Assembly (NCBI GenBank): GCA_032718475.1
Contig: JAUCBJ010000435.1
Location: 1-42,726 of the forward strand
Direction: 5' to 3'
DNA from: Nemertoderma westbladi
Lineage: Eukaryota > Animalia > Xenacoelomorpha
DNA length: 42,726 nt
The translations under genes were made by a program, and so were the position numbers. Numbering within the stretch: position 1 is the first letter of the stretch; every line of letters starts with the position of its first letter. The notes beneath the pieces were generated by a model. It was not told where the DNA came from. It made no database searches and was given only the letters and a program-made list of their open reading frames with translations. Shown piece after piece: positions 21,383 through 33,290 of the stretch.

Positions 21383-22589
21383 TGTTCGCGCTTTCAGACC
21401 TTTGGCAGTTTAACCCGCCAAATTAGGATGTCTTCTAGATAATAAATCACTTTTAGCCTCTGACAAGTATTTGATTCACAACACTAGTCAAAACCAATCG
21501 GTGCGCGATCATTCACCCGCTGGATATACCCGGGAGATTGGGTTCGACGGCTTAATCGTATTGCTATGTAAGCCTAATGTATTATTCGACTGACAGTATT
21601 ATATAATCTCTGACAATATTATTCACCTTCGGGGAATATTAACAGTTCCTTTAGGACGTGGCGCTCTATCTATATAAACAGAGTTATGACTTAAACTACT
21701 CACAACGATATGGCTTAGTTACAATTCACATATATGGCGCATTCTTTAGGAAATGCTTCGTTATCAGTCTCACTCATACACAATGCTGCACAATACTGCA
21801 CACTAATCTGCCGATCTTCACTGATTTTAGTCACATATAAAAGGAACACAGACCGAATCATGTAGGGTCTATCAAATAACATTAGATTCACTTCAAACCA
21901 CTTTAACATAAGTCACAATCGTTATATGTAACCTTTCTCTCTTACCTTCGGTATATCAAGAATATTGGGTTTTCGGGGTTATTTATCGTTATTCCAAATA
22001 TAATAATTCATCAACCATATTATGAAGAACCGACAGTAAATAGCAGTATAACAATATAAAGTATGCACAGTGTTACACAGTATGCAGTGTCAGTAAGATA
22101 TTAAGTGTGGTTAGATAACGGATATATGTCCTTATAATTAAGCCTACTAGTGTTAGGCTAAAACAGAAAAGCACAAAATATTCCCAAGCCGCTCTCTCCT
22201 GGCTCAGGACAGAATGTAAACACTGCCCATAACGCATTGCGTGATTTCTAGGAAATTTCCGTACAAGAGCCATAAAAATGCTCTGATTGGCTGACTGAAC
22301 TGAGAGATGCCGTAGAACAAAGAAAATCAACACGTATGAATATCAGCTGTTAACCGTCGTCATAGTAACTACTGTTCAAGAGTAGCTATCACCTTTTGCG
22401 TCACGGAATTGCCATAGAATCATCAACTATGCCTTTCACAGTACACATACAGAGGAAATAGCTCTTAGATCCTCTAAAAAACACCGATACAGCAATAATA
22501 CGGTCTCTTACACCTATTAAATCAACTACAGAGTATTTTAATGTAAAAGATAATAAAAATAACGGGGCAATTCAGCAAAGGCTTTTACA
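21383..22589 (-). repeat. 5' LTR (mosaic)
   Basis: TGTTCGCGC...GCTTTTACA; near-identical to 6468-~7160 over its left part, clearly diverged over ~22165-22589. Confidence 0.9.
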
Positions 22590-25500
22590 ACCCACGACCA
22601 CGCACCCCGTTGTGGGTTTATCGGTAGGTATTACCCACGACCACCGCACCCCATTGTGGGTTTAGCGGTTAGTATTACCCACGACCACGCACCCTATTGT
22701 GGGTTTAGCGGTAGGTATTACCCACGACCACCGCACCCCATTGTGGGTTTAGCGTTAGATATTACCCACGACCACGCACCCCGTTGTGGGTTTAGCGGTA
22801 GGTATTACGCACGACCACCGCACCCCTTTGTGGGTTTAGCGGTTAGTATTACCCACGACCACGCACCCTAGTGTGGGTTTAGCGGTAGGTATTACCCACG
22901 ACCACCGCACCCCATTGTGGGTTTAGCGGCTAGTATTACCCACGACCACGCACCCTATTGTGGGTTTAGCGGTAGGTATTACCCACGACCACCGCACCCC
23001 GTTGTGGGTTTAGCGGTAGGTATTACCCACGACCACGCACCCCGTTGTGGGTTTAGCGGTAGGTATTACCCACGACCACCGCACCCCGTTGTGGGTTTAG
23101 CGTTAGGTATTACCCACGACCACGCACCCCGTTGTGGGTTTATCGGTAGGTATTACCCACGACCACCGCACCCCATTGTGGGTTTAGCGGTTAGTATTAC
23201 CCACGACCACGCACCCTATTGTGGGTTTAGCGGTAGATATTACCCACGACCACGCACCCCGTTGTGGGTTTAGCGGTAGGTATTACCCACGACCACCGCA
23301 CCCCATTGTGGGTTTAGCGGTAGGTATTACCCACGACCACCGCACCCCATTGTGGGTTTAGCGTTAGATATTACCCACGACCACGCACCCCGTTGTGGGT
23401 TTAGCGGTAGGTATTACCCACGACCACCGCACCCCATTGTGGGTTTAGCGGTTAGTATTACCCACGACCACGCACCCTAGTGTGGGTTTAGCGGTAGGTA
23501 TTACCCACGACCACCGCACCCCATTGTGGGTTTAGCGGCTAGTATTACCCACGACCACGCACCCTATTGTGGGTTTAGCGGTAGGTATTACCCACGACCA
23601 CGCACCCCATTGTGGGTTTAGCGGTAGGTATTACCCACGACCACGCACCCTATTGTGGGTTTAGCGGTAGGTATTACCCACGACCACCGCACCCCGTTGT
23701 GGGTTTAGCGGTAGGTATTACCCACGACCACGCACCCCATTGTGGGTTTAGCGGTAGGTATTACCCACGACCACGCACCCCGTTGTGGGTTTAGCGGTAG
23801 GTATTACCCACGACCACGCACCCCATTGTGGGTTTAGCGGTAGGTATTACCCACGACCACGCATCCCGTTGTGGGTTTAGCGGTAGGTATTACCCACGAC
23901 CACCGCACCCCGTTGTGGGTTTAGCGTTAGGTATTACCCACGACCACGCACCCCGTTGTGGGTTTAGCGTTATGTATTACCCACGACCACGCACTCCATT
24001 GTGGGTTTAGCGTTATGTATTACCCACGACCACGCACCCCATTGTGGGTTTAGCGATAGGTATTACCCACGACCACGCACCCCATTGTGGGTTTAGCGGT
24101 AGGTATTACCCACGACCACGCACCCTATTGTGGGTTTAGCGGTAGGTATTACCCACGACCACCGCACCCCGTTGTGGGTTTAGCGGTAGGTATTACCCAC
24201 GACCACGCACCCCATTGTGGGTTTAGCGGTAGGTATTACCCACGACCACGCACCCCGTTGTGGGTTTAGCGGTAGGTATTACCCACGACCACGCACCCCG
24301 TTGTGGGTTTAGCGGTAGGTATTACCCACGACCACGCACCCCGTTGTGGGTTTAGCGTTATGTATTACCCACGACCATGCACCCCATTGTGGGTTTAGCG
24401 TTAGGTATTACCCACGACCACGCACCCCATTGTGGGTTTAGCGTTAGGTATTACCCACGACCACGCACCCCATTGTGGGTTTAGCGGTAGGTATTACCCA
24501 CGACCACCGCACCCCATTGTGGGTTTAGCGGTTAGTATTACCCACGACCACGCACCCTAGTGTGGGTTTAGCGGTAGGTATTACCCACGACCACCGCACC
24601 CCATTGTGGGTTTAGCGGCTAGTATTACCCACGACCACGCACCCTATTGTGGGTTTAGCGGTAGGTATTACCCACGACCACGCACCCCATTGTGGGTTTA
24701 GCGTTATGTATTACCCACGACCACGCACTCCATTGTGGGTTTAGCGGTAGGTATTACCCACGACCACGCACCCCGTTGTGGGTTTAGCGGTAGGTATTAC
24801 CCACGACCACGCACCCCGTTGTGGGTTTAGCGTTATGTATTACCCACGACCACGCACCCCATTGTGGGTTTAGCGTTAGGTATTACCCACGACCACGCAC
24901 CCCATTGTGGGTTTAGCGTTAGGTATTACCCACGACCACGCACCCCATTGTGGGTTTAGCGTTAGGTATTACCCACGACCACGCACCCCATTGTGGGTTT
25001 AGCGGTAGGTATTACCCACGACCACCGCACCCCATTGTGGGTTTAGCGGTTAGTATTACCCACGACCACGCACCCTAGTGTGGGTTTAGCGGTAGGTATT
25101 ACCCACGACCACCGCACCCCATTGTGGGTTTAGCGGCTAGTATTACCCACGACCACGCACCCTATTGTGGGTTTAGCGGTAGGTATTACCCACGACCACG
25201 CACCCCATTGTGGGTTTAGCGGTAGGTATTACCCACGACCACGCACCCTATTGTGGGTTTAGCGGTAGGTATTACCCACGACCACCGCACCCCGTTGTGG
25301 GTTTAGCGGTAGGTATTACCCACGACCACGCACCCCATTGTGGGTTTAGCGGTAGGTATTACCCACGACCACGCACCCCGTTGTGGGTTTAGCGGTAGGT
25401 ATTACCCACGACCACGCACCCCGTTGTGGGTTTAGCGGTAGGTATTACCCACGACCACGCACCCCGTTGTGGGTTTAGCGGTAGGTATTACCTACGACCA

Positions 25501-25640
25501 CGCACCCCGTTGTGGGTTTAGCGGTAGGTATTACCCACGACCACCGCACCCATTGTGGGTTTAGCGGTAGGTATTGCCCACGACCACGCACCCCATTGTG
25601 GGTGTAGCGTTAGGTATTACCCACGACCACGCACCCCAAT
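22590..25640. repeat. 43/44-bp satellite, about 70 copies
   Basis: Unit CCACGACCAC(C)GCACCCC(A/G)TTGTGGGTTTAGCGGTAGGTATTAC. Confidence 0.97.
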
Positions 25641-26967
25641 GCCATATCTCACATAATAATTTATTCATACAGATAAACAATAAATGCATTTAATAAATTT
25701 TGTTGTTCATGGTCTGTCTGCGGTTTCTGTTAATTGGATAACAAAGTGTCTAAGGATGTGCAATGAACGGGTAATGCAGTTGCGTAAGGCGGCCTGCAGG
25801 GGTTACTAATTATAATTACGATATCAAACGATTGTTTCTGAACAACGTCAATTAATTTCGCATAATGTGAATAAGTTAATGAACCCGTAACTTTTTACCC
25901 TCCATTTGTGATAACTACTTGACGGATTTCCCTTCACGCTAACATTATCGAATGTTACTCTAATTGGACTTATTGCCACTCTGAAACAATTGTGGTCGCA
26001 AAATAAAAAGTCTTGGCACGCATCTATTATTATTCCCTTTATGTAATTAGCGGGATTATATATACATTGGCTTTATCAGGGAATAAATTGGATGTCACAG
26101 TTCACTGTGAATTTATGCAGCCAAATTTTCATATCTAATCGAATAATCGGTGTAATAGAAATGAAGTTATATATCGTAGTATATCGTTAATGATTATAAT
26201 TTAATTCGCATAAAGTAATTTTATTTTATAATCCGTTTTATTGTGGCGGGTTTATAAAGCATTTTTTTTTATTTTCATGTGCAAAATCTGGGGCGAGTCA
26301 GAACTGTTACCTGTTAGCGAGCAACTTTATTATACTAGGCTATTCCTATGATTATTCGTAGTCGTATATTAAAATAAAAACTTCTGGGGTCTTTCCTCCG
26401 ATTATATTATAATTAAGTTAATTCCTCCCTAAAGGCCGCTTGTCGATTTTCATGTAACTTTACTATTCGTAGTGTTATTGTAGCTTTGTGATCGGATTCC
26501 GCCTTATGATTCGAACACATATTCTCAAAAAAATGTGCCGCATCCCATGTACTGCACACACCCCGACTGGCATTTACAGTACGGCCGGATGGGGTGTGAT
26601 TGTCTGTCTGCTAGGATAAGGCCCTCATACCTGTAATATTTTTATGGATATTTTCTTTGCACAAATTTATTTTATTTTCTAAAGATATTTTTTTTCCACA
26701 TGTTTGATTTTTCTTCTTAAATCATTAATTTATTGCCCGATTATACCTATATCGGGATAATAAGAAGTTTACCCTGGGCCCGATTTTGGTTGCGGGAGGC
26801 TCCCTATTCAAGTATTTATTATTAGTCTGTTAGTGTTGGTCAAGGCTAATTGTGGAATATTTTCCTGACATAATTTTATAAATAATTGGTAATTTTTGTC
26901 AGGAAGTAAAGTTTCACAAATTAGAAAGGATGTTTTATAGATATTTAGATAAAAATGCGTTTTCTAA

Positions 26968-27594
26968 AGGTTTGTATCCTCCACAGCCAGTTAGGTTTGT
27001 AACCTCCACAGCCAGTTAGGTTTGTAACCTCCACAGCCAGTTAGGTTTGTAACCTCCACAGCCAGTTAGGTTTGTAACCTCCACAGCCAGTTAGGTTTGT
27101 AACCTCCACAGCCAGTTAGGTTTGTAACCTCCACAGCCAGTTAGGTTTGTAACCTCCACAGCCAGTTAGGTTTGTAACCTCCACAGCCAGTTAGGTTTGT
27201 AACCTCCACAGCCAGTTAGGTTTGTAACCTCCACAGCCAGTTAGGTTTGTAACCTCCACAGCCAGTTAGGTTTGTAACCTCCACAGCCAGTTAGGTTTGT
27301 AACCTCCACAGCCAGTTAGGTTTGTAACCTCCACAGCCAGTTAGGTTTGTTACCTCCACAGCCAGTTAGGTTTGTAACCTCCACAGCCAGTTAGGTTTGT
27401 AACCTCTACAGCCAGTTAGGTTTGTTACCTCCACAGCCAGTTAGGTTTGTAACCTCCACAGCCAGTTCGGTTTGTAACCTCCACAGCCAGTTAGGTTTGT
27501 AACCTCCACAGCCAGTTTGGTTTGTAACCTCCACAGCCAGTTAGGTTTGTAACCTCCACAGCCAGTTAGGTTTGTATCCTCCACAGCCAGTTAG
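26968..27594. repeat. 25-bp minisatellite, about 25 copies
   Basis: Unit GGTTTGTAACCTCCACAGCCAGTTA. Confidence 0.97.
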
Positions 27595-28569
27595 ATATTT
27601 TTTAAACGTTGTTCTGTATTGGAAATTTGTTTCGGCTTGGTTTTTCTATGCTTTCGGGACGCATTCGTCTCAGTCTCAGACACCGTCCCAATCAATTTTA
27701 ATTGATGAGATATTTTCGAAAATTTCATATAGGGTCTAACAAATGTTTATTTATATAATATTTCAAATGAGGAAATTCTACAATATGTTTGGTAAAGTTT
27801 CTTAAATTTTATCACATAAACAGCCGCGAAGTAGAACAATGTCACGTATCACGTAATACGACTTATTTCCAGCGCGGTCCCCCCAGAACTTTACTCCCCA
27901 GAGGAAACTCCAGTACTCATTTAGCTACAATTTATGATGCAAGGCATGTGCCCCGGCATTTAAAGCATTTGTGTGAAAACTAAAAGTTCCTTGGCCCCCT
28001 TCCAGTCTGGAACCAAGCCTAGGGTTGCAAAACTGCGGTATCCATGGAAATGTTTGACCAAATAACATTTGTTTTTTTTACAGGATTCCTGGCTATTTTA
28101 TTGATGCGCACATCAAACTCTAGGATGTTTGACCTTTTTAGTGTTCGTAAGCCACATTGATATATCATGCCATTCATTCTATTTGAGCAAATCGCTTTCA
28201 AACGACAATTCTTTGTCTTAGTCTACCAGTATATATCTATCTGCACCAATCGTACTGCAGTTATTCCTCAAACTTTCAGAGGCTTGTTGGTTGGTATTTA
28301 TTACGGATCATTGCATTGTGAGGATTCGAAATATTAAATTTATTTGAATGCTAAATATCTTGAGATTTGAGTTTTCGAAAGTTCCATGTTTTCGTTCCCC
28401 TTCGTTTGAATTGCCAAATAATGTAGATTAACATTTCATCCTACTGTACTGTAGTAGCTTCTTTATAATTATTATTGGTATTGGAACTGGTGAATTACAG
28501 ATTTGAAGCATTCTAGACCTGGAAAGGTCGACTACCTGATAATTTTCCGTATGAAAACACATTGCAGCA

Positions 28570-28644
28570 ATGGACGAACAACGAAATTCTTGGACAAACA
28601 TAAAACATGTTGTCAGAATTGGTCAAGCTCTTCGCGGTTCAAAG
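28570..28644 (+). CDS. TRPM-like channel, probable first coding exon
   Basis: Acceptor at 28499-28500, ATG 28570, MDEQRNSWTNIKHVVRIGQALRGSK, AAG|gtaagt; phase 0 fits the next exon, but no conserved motif. Confidence 0.55.
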
Positions 28645-30962
28645 GTAAGTTAGCCATTAATTATTAATTTCATTAATTAATTTACCTTCTTTAGTTATCA
28701 GTTATCTAACTGCGAGGTCCCGTGTTCGAAACGAGACTGCGAATTATTATTTGCTATCTAGTGCTCCCATATCTTTTCATATCTGTTTGATAAAATGGAT
28801 GACATCCTTATAAAAATATTTCGGTGTCATGTTGTCTGTGGCTAGAAATTTAGTTTTGAAATAAAATATGTAGTCGATTTAAGAATGAACTAAAAAATAA
28901 TTTGTACATGACACATACAGAATTTCAATATGACACAAAACTTTTCGTCCTAGGTTATTTGCTGTTACGGACATCAGAGAAGGGTCTTTCGGTCAGAGAA
29001 ACTGAGTCTGTGTTGATATAAAACAATTCTTACCATAGAATAAACTAGCTTACAATTTACTAGTCTTTAATTTATCTACAATTTAGAGACGAGGGGCTGA
29101 TGAAAATCACATCTCGGCGATTTAATATCAGGTCTCTGGATTAACCAAGTTAATTATAAAGTAAAGGAAAGGATCAGGTTCCCGTCGTGCCACGTTATAC
29201 ACTAACAAAAACAGCAAACGGAAGTCAATAGCACAGAGTACAGTTGCATTTTTGGTGTTAATCAGGGTATTGGGAAGAAGGTCCGAATGAGACGCTGGTC
29301 CGAAAGTCGCCACCATGGATGCTTTTTTTGCACTTTTGTTCGAACTTTCGGTCTTAAGAGTGTCTGGGTTTTCGTCGACGTCCAAGAAATGTTCTTTATA
29401 ATAAAATACAAAGTTCGAAGGGGCCAAAGGAAACAAACAAAAGTTTCGAATGATCCGAAATTCTCTGTAAATCCAGCGTGGTTGCATGGTTCAGCGAGAC
29501 CTGCGTGGTTGCTAGCCATTGACATTCCTTGTTCGGATAATTAATTAATTTATATTGATGAGGTATTTAATAAAAACTGTTTAAAATCAATTTATTTAGA
29601 CACTTAAGTTAATCTTGTCTTAGCCTCATGTTGTTTCGGACCGTGGTCCTGGAAACGCATTCAGCTGTCGATTTTGAGTGATTAAGAGAGTGATTAATAT
29701 TGATAGCTGAAGAGTCCCCCCCCCCGTATGTCTTAACTTAAAATTTATATTATTAATTAATACTTTTACTATTTTTGAATAGGCTCAAAATATTGCATTT
29801 TAACTTTTGATAAAAAAAAGGGGGGGGGGGGGGGGGGGGGTTCTGAGATTTAACGTCAAAGGATCCACCCCCTCCTCCCCCACCAGCCATCCATCCTCGA
29901 CTCAATACGGTTACGCAATGCCCCCAACACTTTAGTCGGGCGGTCTATTTGGCGTTAATTGACACACAACGGCAGTTGTTAAACGTTGCCAGCGCCCTTG
30001 ACAATTGGATATGGCTGTGATAATAATTATCATCTTTGCGATAAGAGCTTTAACAAATAACATTTTATAACTTGGCACAAAACAAAAATACAAAATGATA
30101 GACATTAAATAATGTTATAAATGAGACCACCTGCGAATTATTTAACTGTGGGGTTCTCATTTATTCTTTTCATTTCTAACTACAGTACTTATGTAGCCAA
30201 TGTGTTACTAAGTTACATATACAGTGGTACAGGAACTAGGCTACTTTGTTTGTAATAATTGTTTCCATTGTGTGTACACACTAAAGAATTTTATTCACAA
30301 TCTGTCGCCTTTTATCTACATTTATTACTACCTTTTTAAAGATTATCTTATCATTTTAAATTATTAATTAAAAAAGTAATTAAATATCACCCCCCACAGG
30401 TGATTTATACGGTATTCATCTTACATATTTTACACAAATAACGGACGTATTTAATAATATGTATGCGGATGATATTTCGCATGGTAATGTTCTTCATTCA
30501 TCAATAAACATTTCGTCTTCCCGAAGGCATTCCTCTGTGACAGCGGAAAAACAAAAGTACCTAAAGGCTATTCAGTGGCGATCAAAAGAGTCCAGAATTT
30601 ATGTAAGCTTTATGTTTATCGGGTGGAGAGGATTTACATAATAAATCAGATAAACCAACAGCGCGCAACAAATAGACAAAGAACCTCAAAGCACAAACTG
30701 ATAGCACATCAAGGGTACACAGACGAACCGTCAGCCTATCACAAGCATAATTAAGACTAACCGACAGCCCGAGACAGACATATCGAAATATTCCAAAAAA
30801 CAGACATTCAAACTAATTGCTCATCCACGATTTAGCCCAATAATTTTATTACAAACAAACACACAGATATTATTTAGTAATTACTGAACATTTCCTGTCA
30901 GTATTTCCATTTTTTCCACTCCAATTTATAGTTTCTATTGCGGAATCGATTGTTTGTTTTAG

Positions 30963-31048
30963 GTGCTGGAGAACGAGTGGATCGGAGAGAATATCCGGAA
31001 ACGGGAATGCAGTAGATTCGTTGTGGATTCTAATGACACAGTAGACAG
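30963..31048 (+). CDS. TRPM-like channel exon
   Basis: VLENEWIGENIRKRECSRFV matches TRPM WIxxNIKKRECxxF; ag/gt borders, phase 0/2. Confidence 0.88.
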
Positions 31049-31179
31049 GTATATTAGAAACCCTTACTAAGTTTATTCTTTCTAAAAATAGTTTCTAGAT
31101 ATTTAAATAAGATTGGTATTTAAAAGTACTGGAAGTCTCCCATTGCCCCCCCCCCCCCCCCACCCCCTCTCCCCCTTCC

Positions 31180-31490
31180 AAGCTTCACAGTTGAACATAG
31201 CCGCCTCCGCTTCGCAAGACATTGCGTTCGCCGTGAGGACCAGCCAGTACATAATCTTGTGCTTTGGCGGCCTCATGGAGAGAATAAGCATGGTGGACAA
31301 CCCATCACATTCTTGATAGTCTCTTAAAGGACATTGGCCTTGAAGAGATGGATAAACTGGTGAAAGTCATGGGGGATAGGGAGTTGTGGCGGCGCAATTT
31401 TGTCGATAAGCCGGTATCTCATTCTTAATATGTAAATGTATATTTATATATATCATGCAGCTTCAATGCAGCATTCCGATAGAAGAAGGA
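31180..31490 (+). mobile_element. Diverged RTE-type LINE 3' fragment
   Basis: Colinear with 36400-36680 (CGCCTCCGCTT...GAGGACCAGCCAGT...GATAGGGAGTTGTGGCGG). Confidence 0.8.
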
Positions 31491-31557
31491 AAACGATATA
31501 GTGTAGTCTGTTTGTGCTTGGAGATGGTAAATCACAACCATCTTTATTTATTTACAG

Positions 31558-31738
31558 AGATACTGACCCTTTGTGTCTTTGCGGGCGTCGTTGGGTGGTC
31601 CACTGCGACACTGCGCGTCTCCATAGGGATCTCAGTGGTAATAGAAGATGGAAATCTCGCAACGACGCATTAGAGTATTCGCCGACAGATTCCTACGGAA
31701 CGCTGGAGTTTACCGGCACAGAACGGAAGAAAGCCAAG
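31558..31738 (+). CDS. TRPM-like channel exon
   Basis: CLCGR...H...W...SPTDSYGTLEFTG matches CxCG...PTDA(Y/F)GxIxF; phase 2/0. Confidence 0.92.
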
Positions 31739-31849
31739 GTTAGAAGGCTCAGGGGGTTTGGTTGGGTTAGATTAAATGAATCGGAGATTAATTTTAATTT
31801 TAATATTTATATACAATAATTCGAATAACATAATATTATCTTTCTTCAG

Positions 31850-32033
31850 TTTATCCGTTGCGACAAAGACACTGAACCTGACTTATTGGTGCATCAAATG
31901 TTGGACTACTGGAAGTTGCCTCACCCTGGACTCATTCTGTCCATAGCAGGGGGCGGACGGGATATTAACACGGAAGTTAATATAAGATGGGAACCTCTGT
32001 GTGCCATCATATCTGAACTCGTCTCCAAAACAG
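31850..32033 (+). CDS. TRPM-like channel exon (MHR1/SLOG)
   Basis: FIRCDKDTEPDLLVHQMLDYWKLPHPGLILSIAGGG; phase 0/1. Confidence 0.92.
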
Positions 32034-32103
32034 GTTATTCTTCATAATATATTAATATTGCAAATACTATTAAGTTATGCCAAAATTTGGGTTTTATAAT
32101 AAA

Positions 32104-32126
32104 CTAGTGACGGGCCTAGCGGCCCG
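32104..32126 (-). mobile_element. Helitron-like 3' terminus adjoining a microsatellite
   Basis: Minus strand CGGGCC-GCTA-GGCCCG-TCA-CTAG|T. Confidence 0.5.
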
Positions 32127-32167
32127 ATAAGGAACCGACTTTTTATTTCAAATAAAAGAGACAACGA

Positions 32168-33026
32168 GCTCGGCTCGGTCTTGCACGATTGGGCACGATT
32201 AAGTTCGACTTGGCTTGATCGGCTCGGCTCGACTCGACTCGGCTCGGCTCGGCTCGGCTCGGCTCGGCTCGGCTCGGCTCGGCTCGGCTCGGCTCGGTTC
32301 GACTTGGCTTGATCGGCTCGGCTCGACTCGACTCGGCTCGGCTCGGCTCGGCTCGGCTCGGCTCGGCTCGGTTCGGTTCGGCTCGGTTCGGCTCGGCTTG
32401 GCTCGGCTCGGCTCGGCTCGGCTCGGCTCGGCTCGGCTCGGCTCGGCTCGGCTCGGCTCGGCTCGGCTCGGCTCGGCTCGGCTCGGCTCGGCTCGGCCCG
32501 GCTCGGCTCGGCTCGGCTCGGCTCGGCTCGGCTCGGCTAGGCTAGGCTAGGCTCGGCTCGGCTCGGCTCGGCTCGGCTCGGCTCGGCTCGGCTCGGCTCG
32601 GCTCGGCACGGCTCGGCTCGGCACGGCTCGGCTCGGCTCGGCTCGGCTCGGCTCGGCTCGGCTCGGCTCGGCTCGGCTCTGCTCGGCTCGGCTCGGCTCG
32701 GCTCGGCTCGGCTCGGCTCGGCTCGGCTCGGCTCGGCTCGGCTCGGCTCGGCTCGGCTCGGCTCGGCTCGGCTCGGCTCGGCTCGGCTCGGCTCGGCTCG
32801 GCTCGGCTCGGCTCGGCTCGGCTCGGCTCGGCTCGGCTCGGCTCGGCTCGGCTCGGCTCGGCTCGGCTCGGCTCGGCTCGGCTCGGCTCGGCTCGGCTCG
32901 GCTCGGCTCGGCTCGGCTCGGCTCGACTCGGCTCGGCACGGCTCGGCTCGGCTCGGCTCGGCTCGGCTCGGCTCGGCTTGGCTCAGCTCGGCTTGGCTCG
33001 GCTTGGCTCGGCTCGGCTTGGCTCGG
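32168..33026. repeat. (GGCTC)n pentanucleotide microsatellite
   Basis: About 0.8 kb of GGCTC with few variants. Confidence 0.98.
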
Positions 33027-33041
33027 TCTGAGTCGACTCCC

Positions 33042-33290
33042 CGTGCTGCTCGAAGGGCGCAAATACATATATCGAAGGGTCAAAGCAAAACTCACGTGCT
33101 GCTCGAAGGGACAAAGTCAAACAATGTGTCTATTATTTTATGTAATTCACGTGCTGCTCGAAGGGCGCAAATACATATATCGAAGGGTCAAAGCAAAACT
33201 CACGAGCTGCTCGAAAGGACAAAGTCAAACATTGTGTCTATTATTTGATCATCTCACGTGCTGCTTGAAGGGCGCAACTACATATATCGA
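33042..33290. repeat. ~107-bp tandem repeat, about 2.3 copies
   Basis: CGTGCTGCTCGAAGGGCGCAAATACATATATCGAA at ~33042, ~33150 and ~33257. Confidence 0.85.

Larger units (their letters stand above)
6468..22589 (-). mobile_element. Non-autonomous BEL/Pao-type LTR retrotransposon with nested insertions
   Basis: Two ~1.2-kb TG...CA direct repeats flank minus-strand ORFs with BEL-type Gag, three zinc knuckles and an aspartic protease. No matching TSD (GGTGC vs ACCCA). Confidence 0.88.

Noticed and set aside
22590-25640. CRISPR-like appearance and GLAVGITHDHAP-type ORFs
   Set aside because: Head-to-tail units with no unique spacers, no cas genes and a eukaryotic context; the ORFs are translations of the repeat.
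28705-28740. tRNA gene from the GTTCGAAAC T-loop motif (also ~3490-3510 on minus)
   Set aside because: No cloverleaf can be built; at most decayed tRNA-derived SINE heads.
32215-33095. ORFs reading (LGSAR)n and (AEPSR)n
   Set aside because: Artefacts of the stop-free GGCTC microsatellite.
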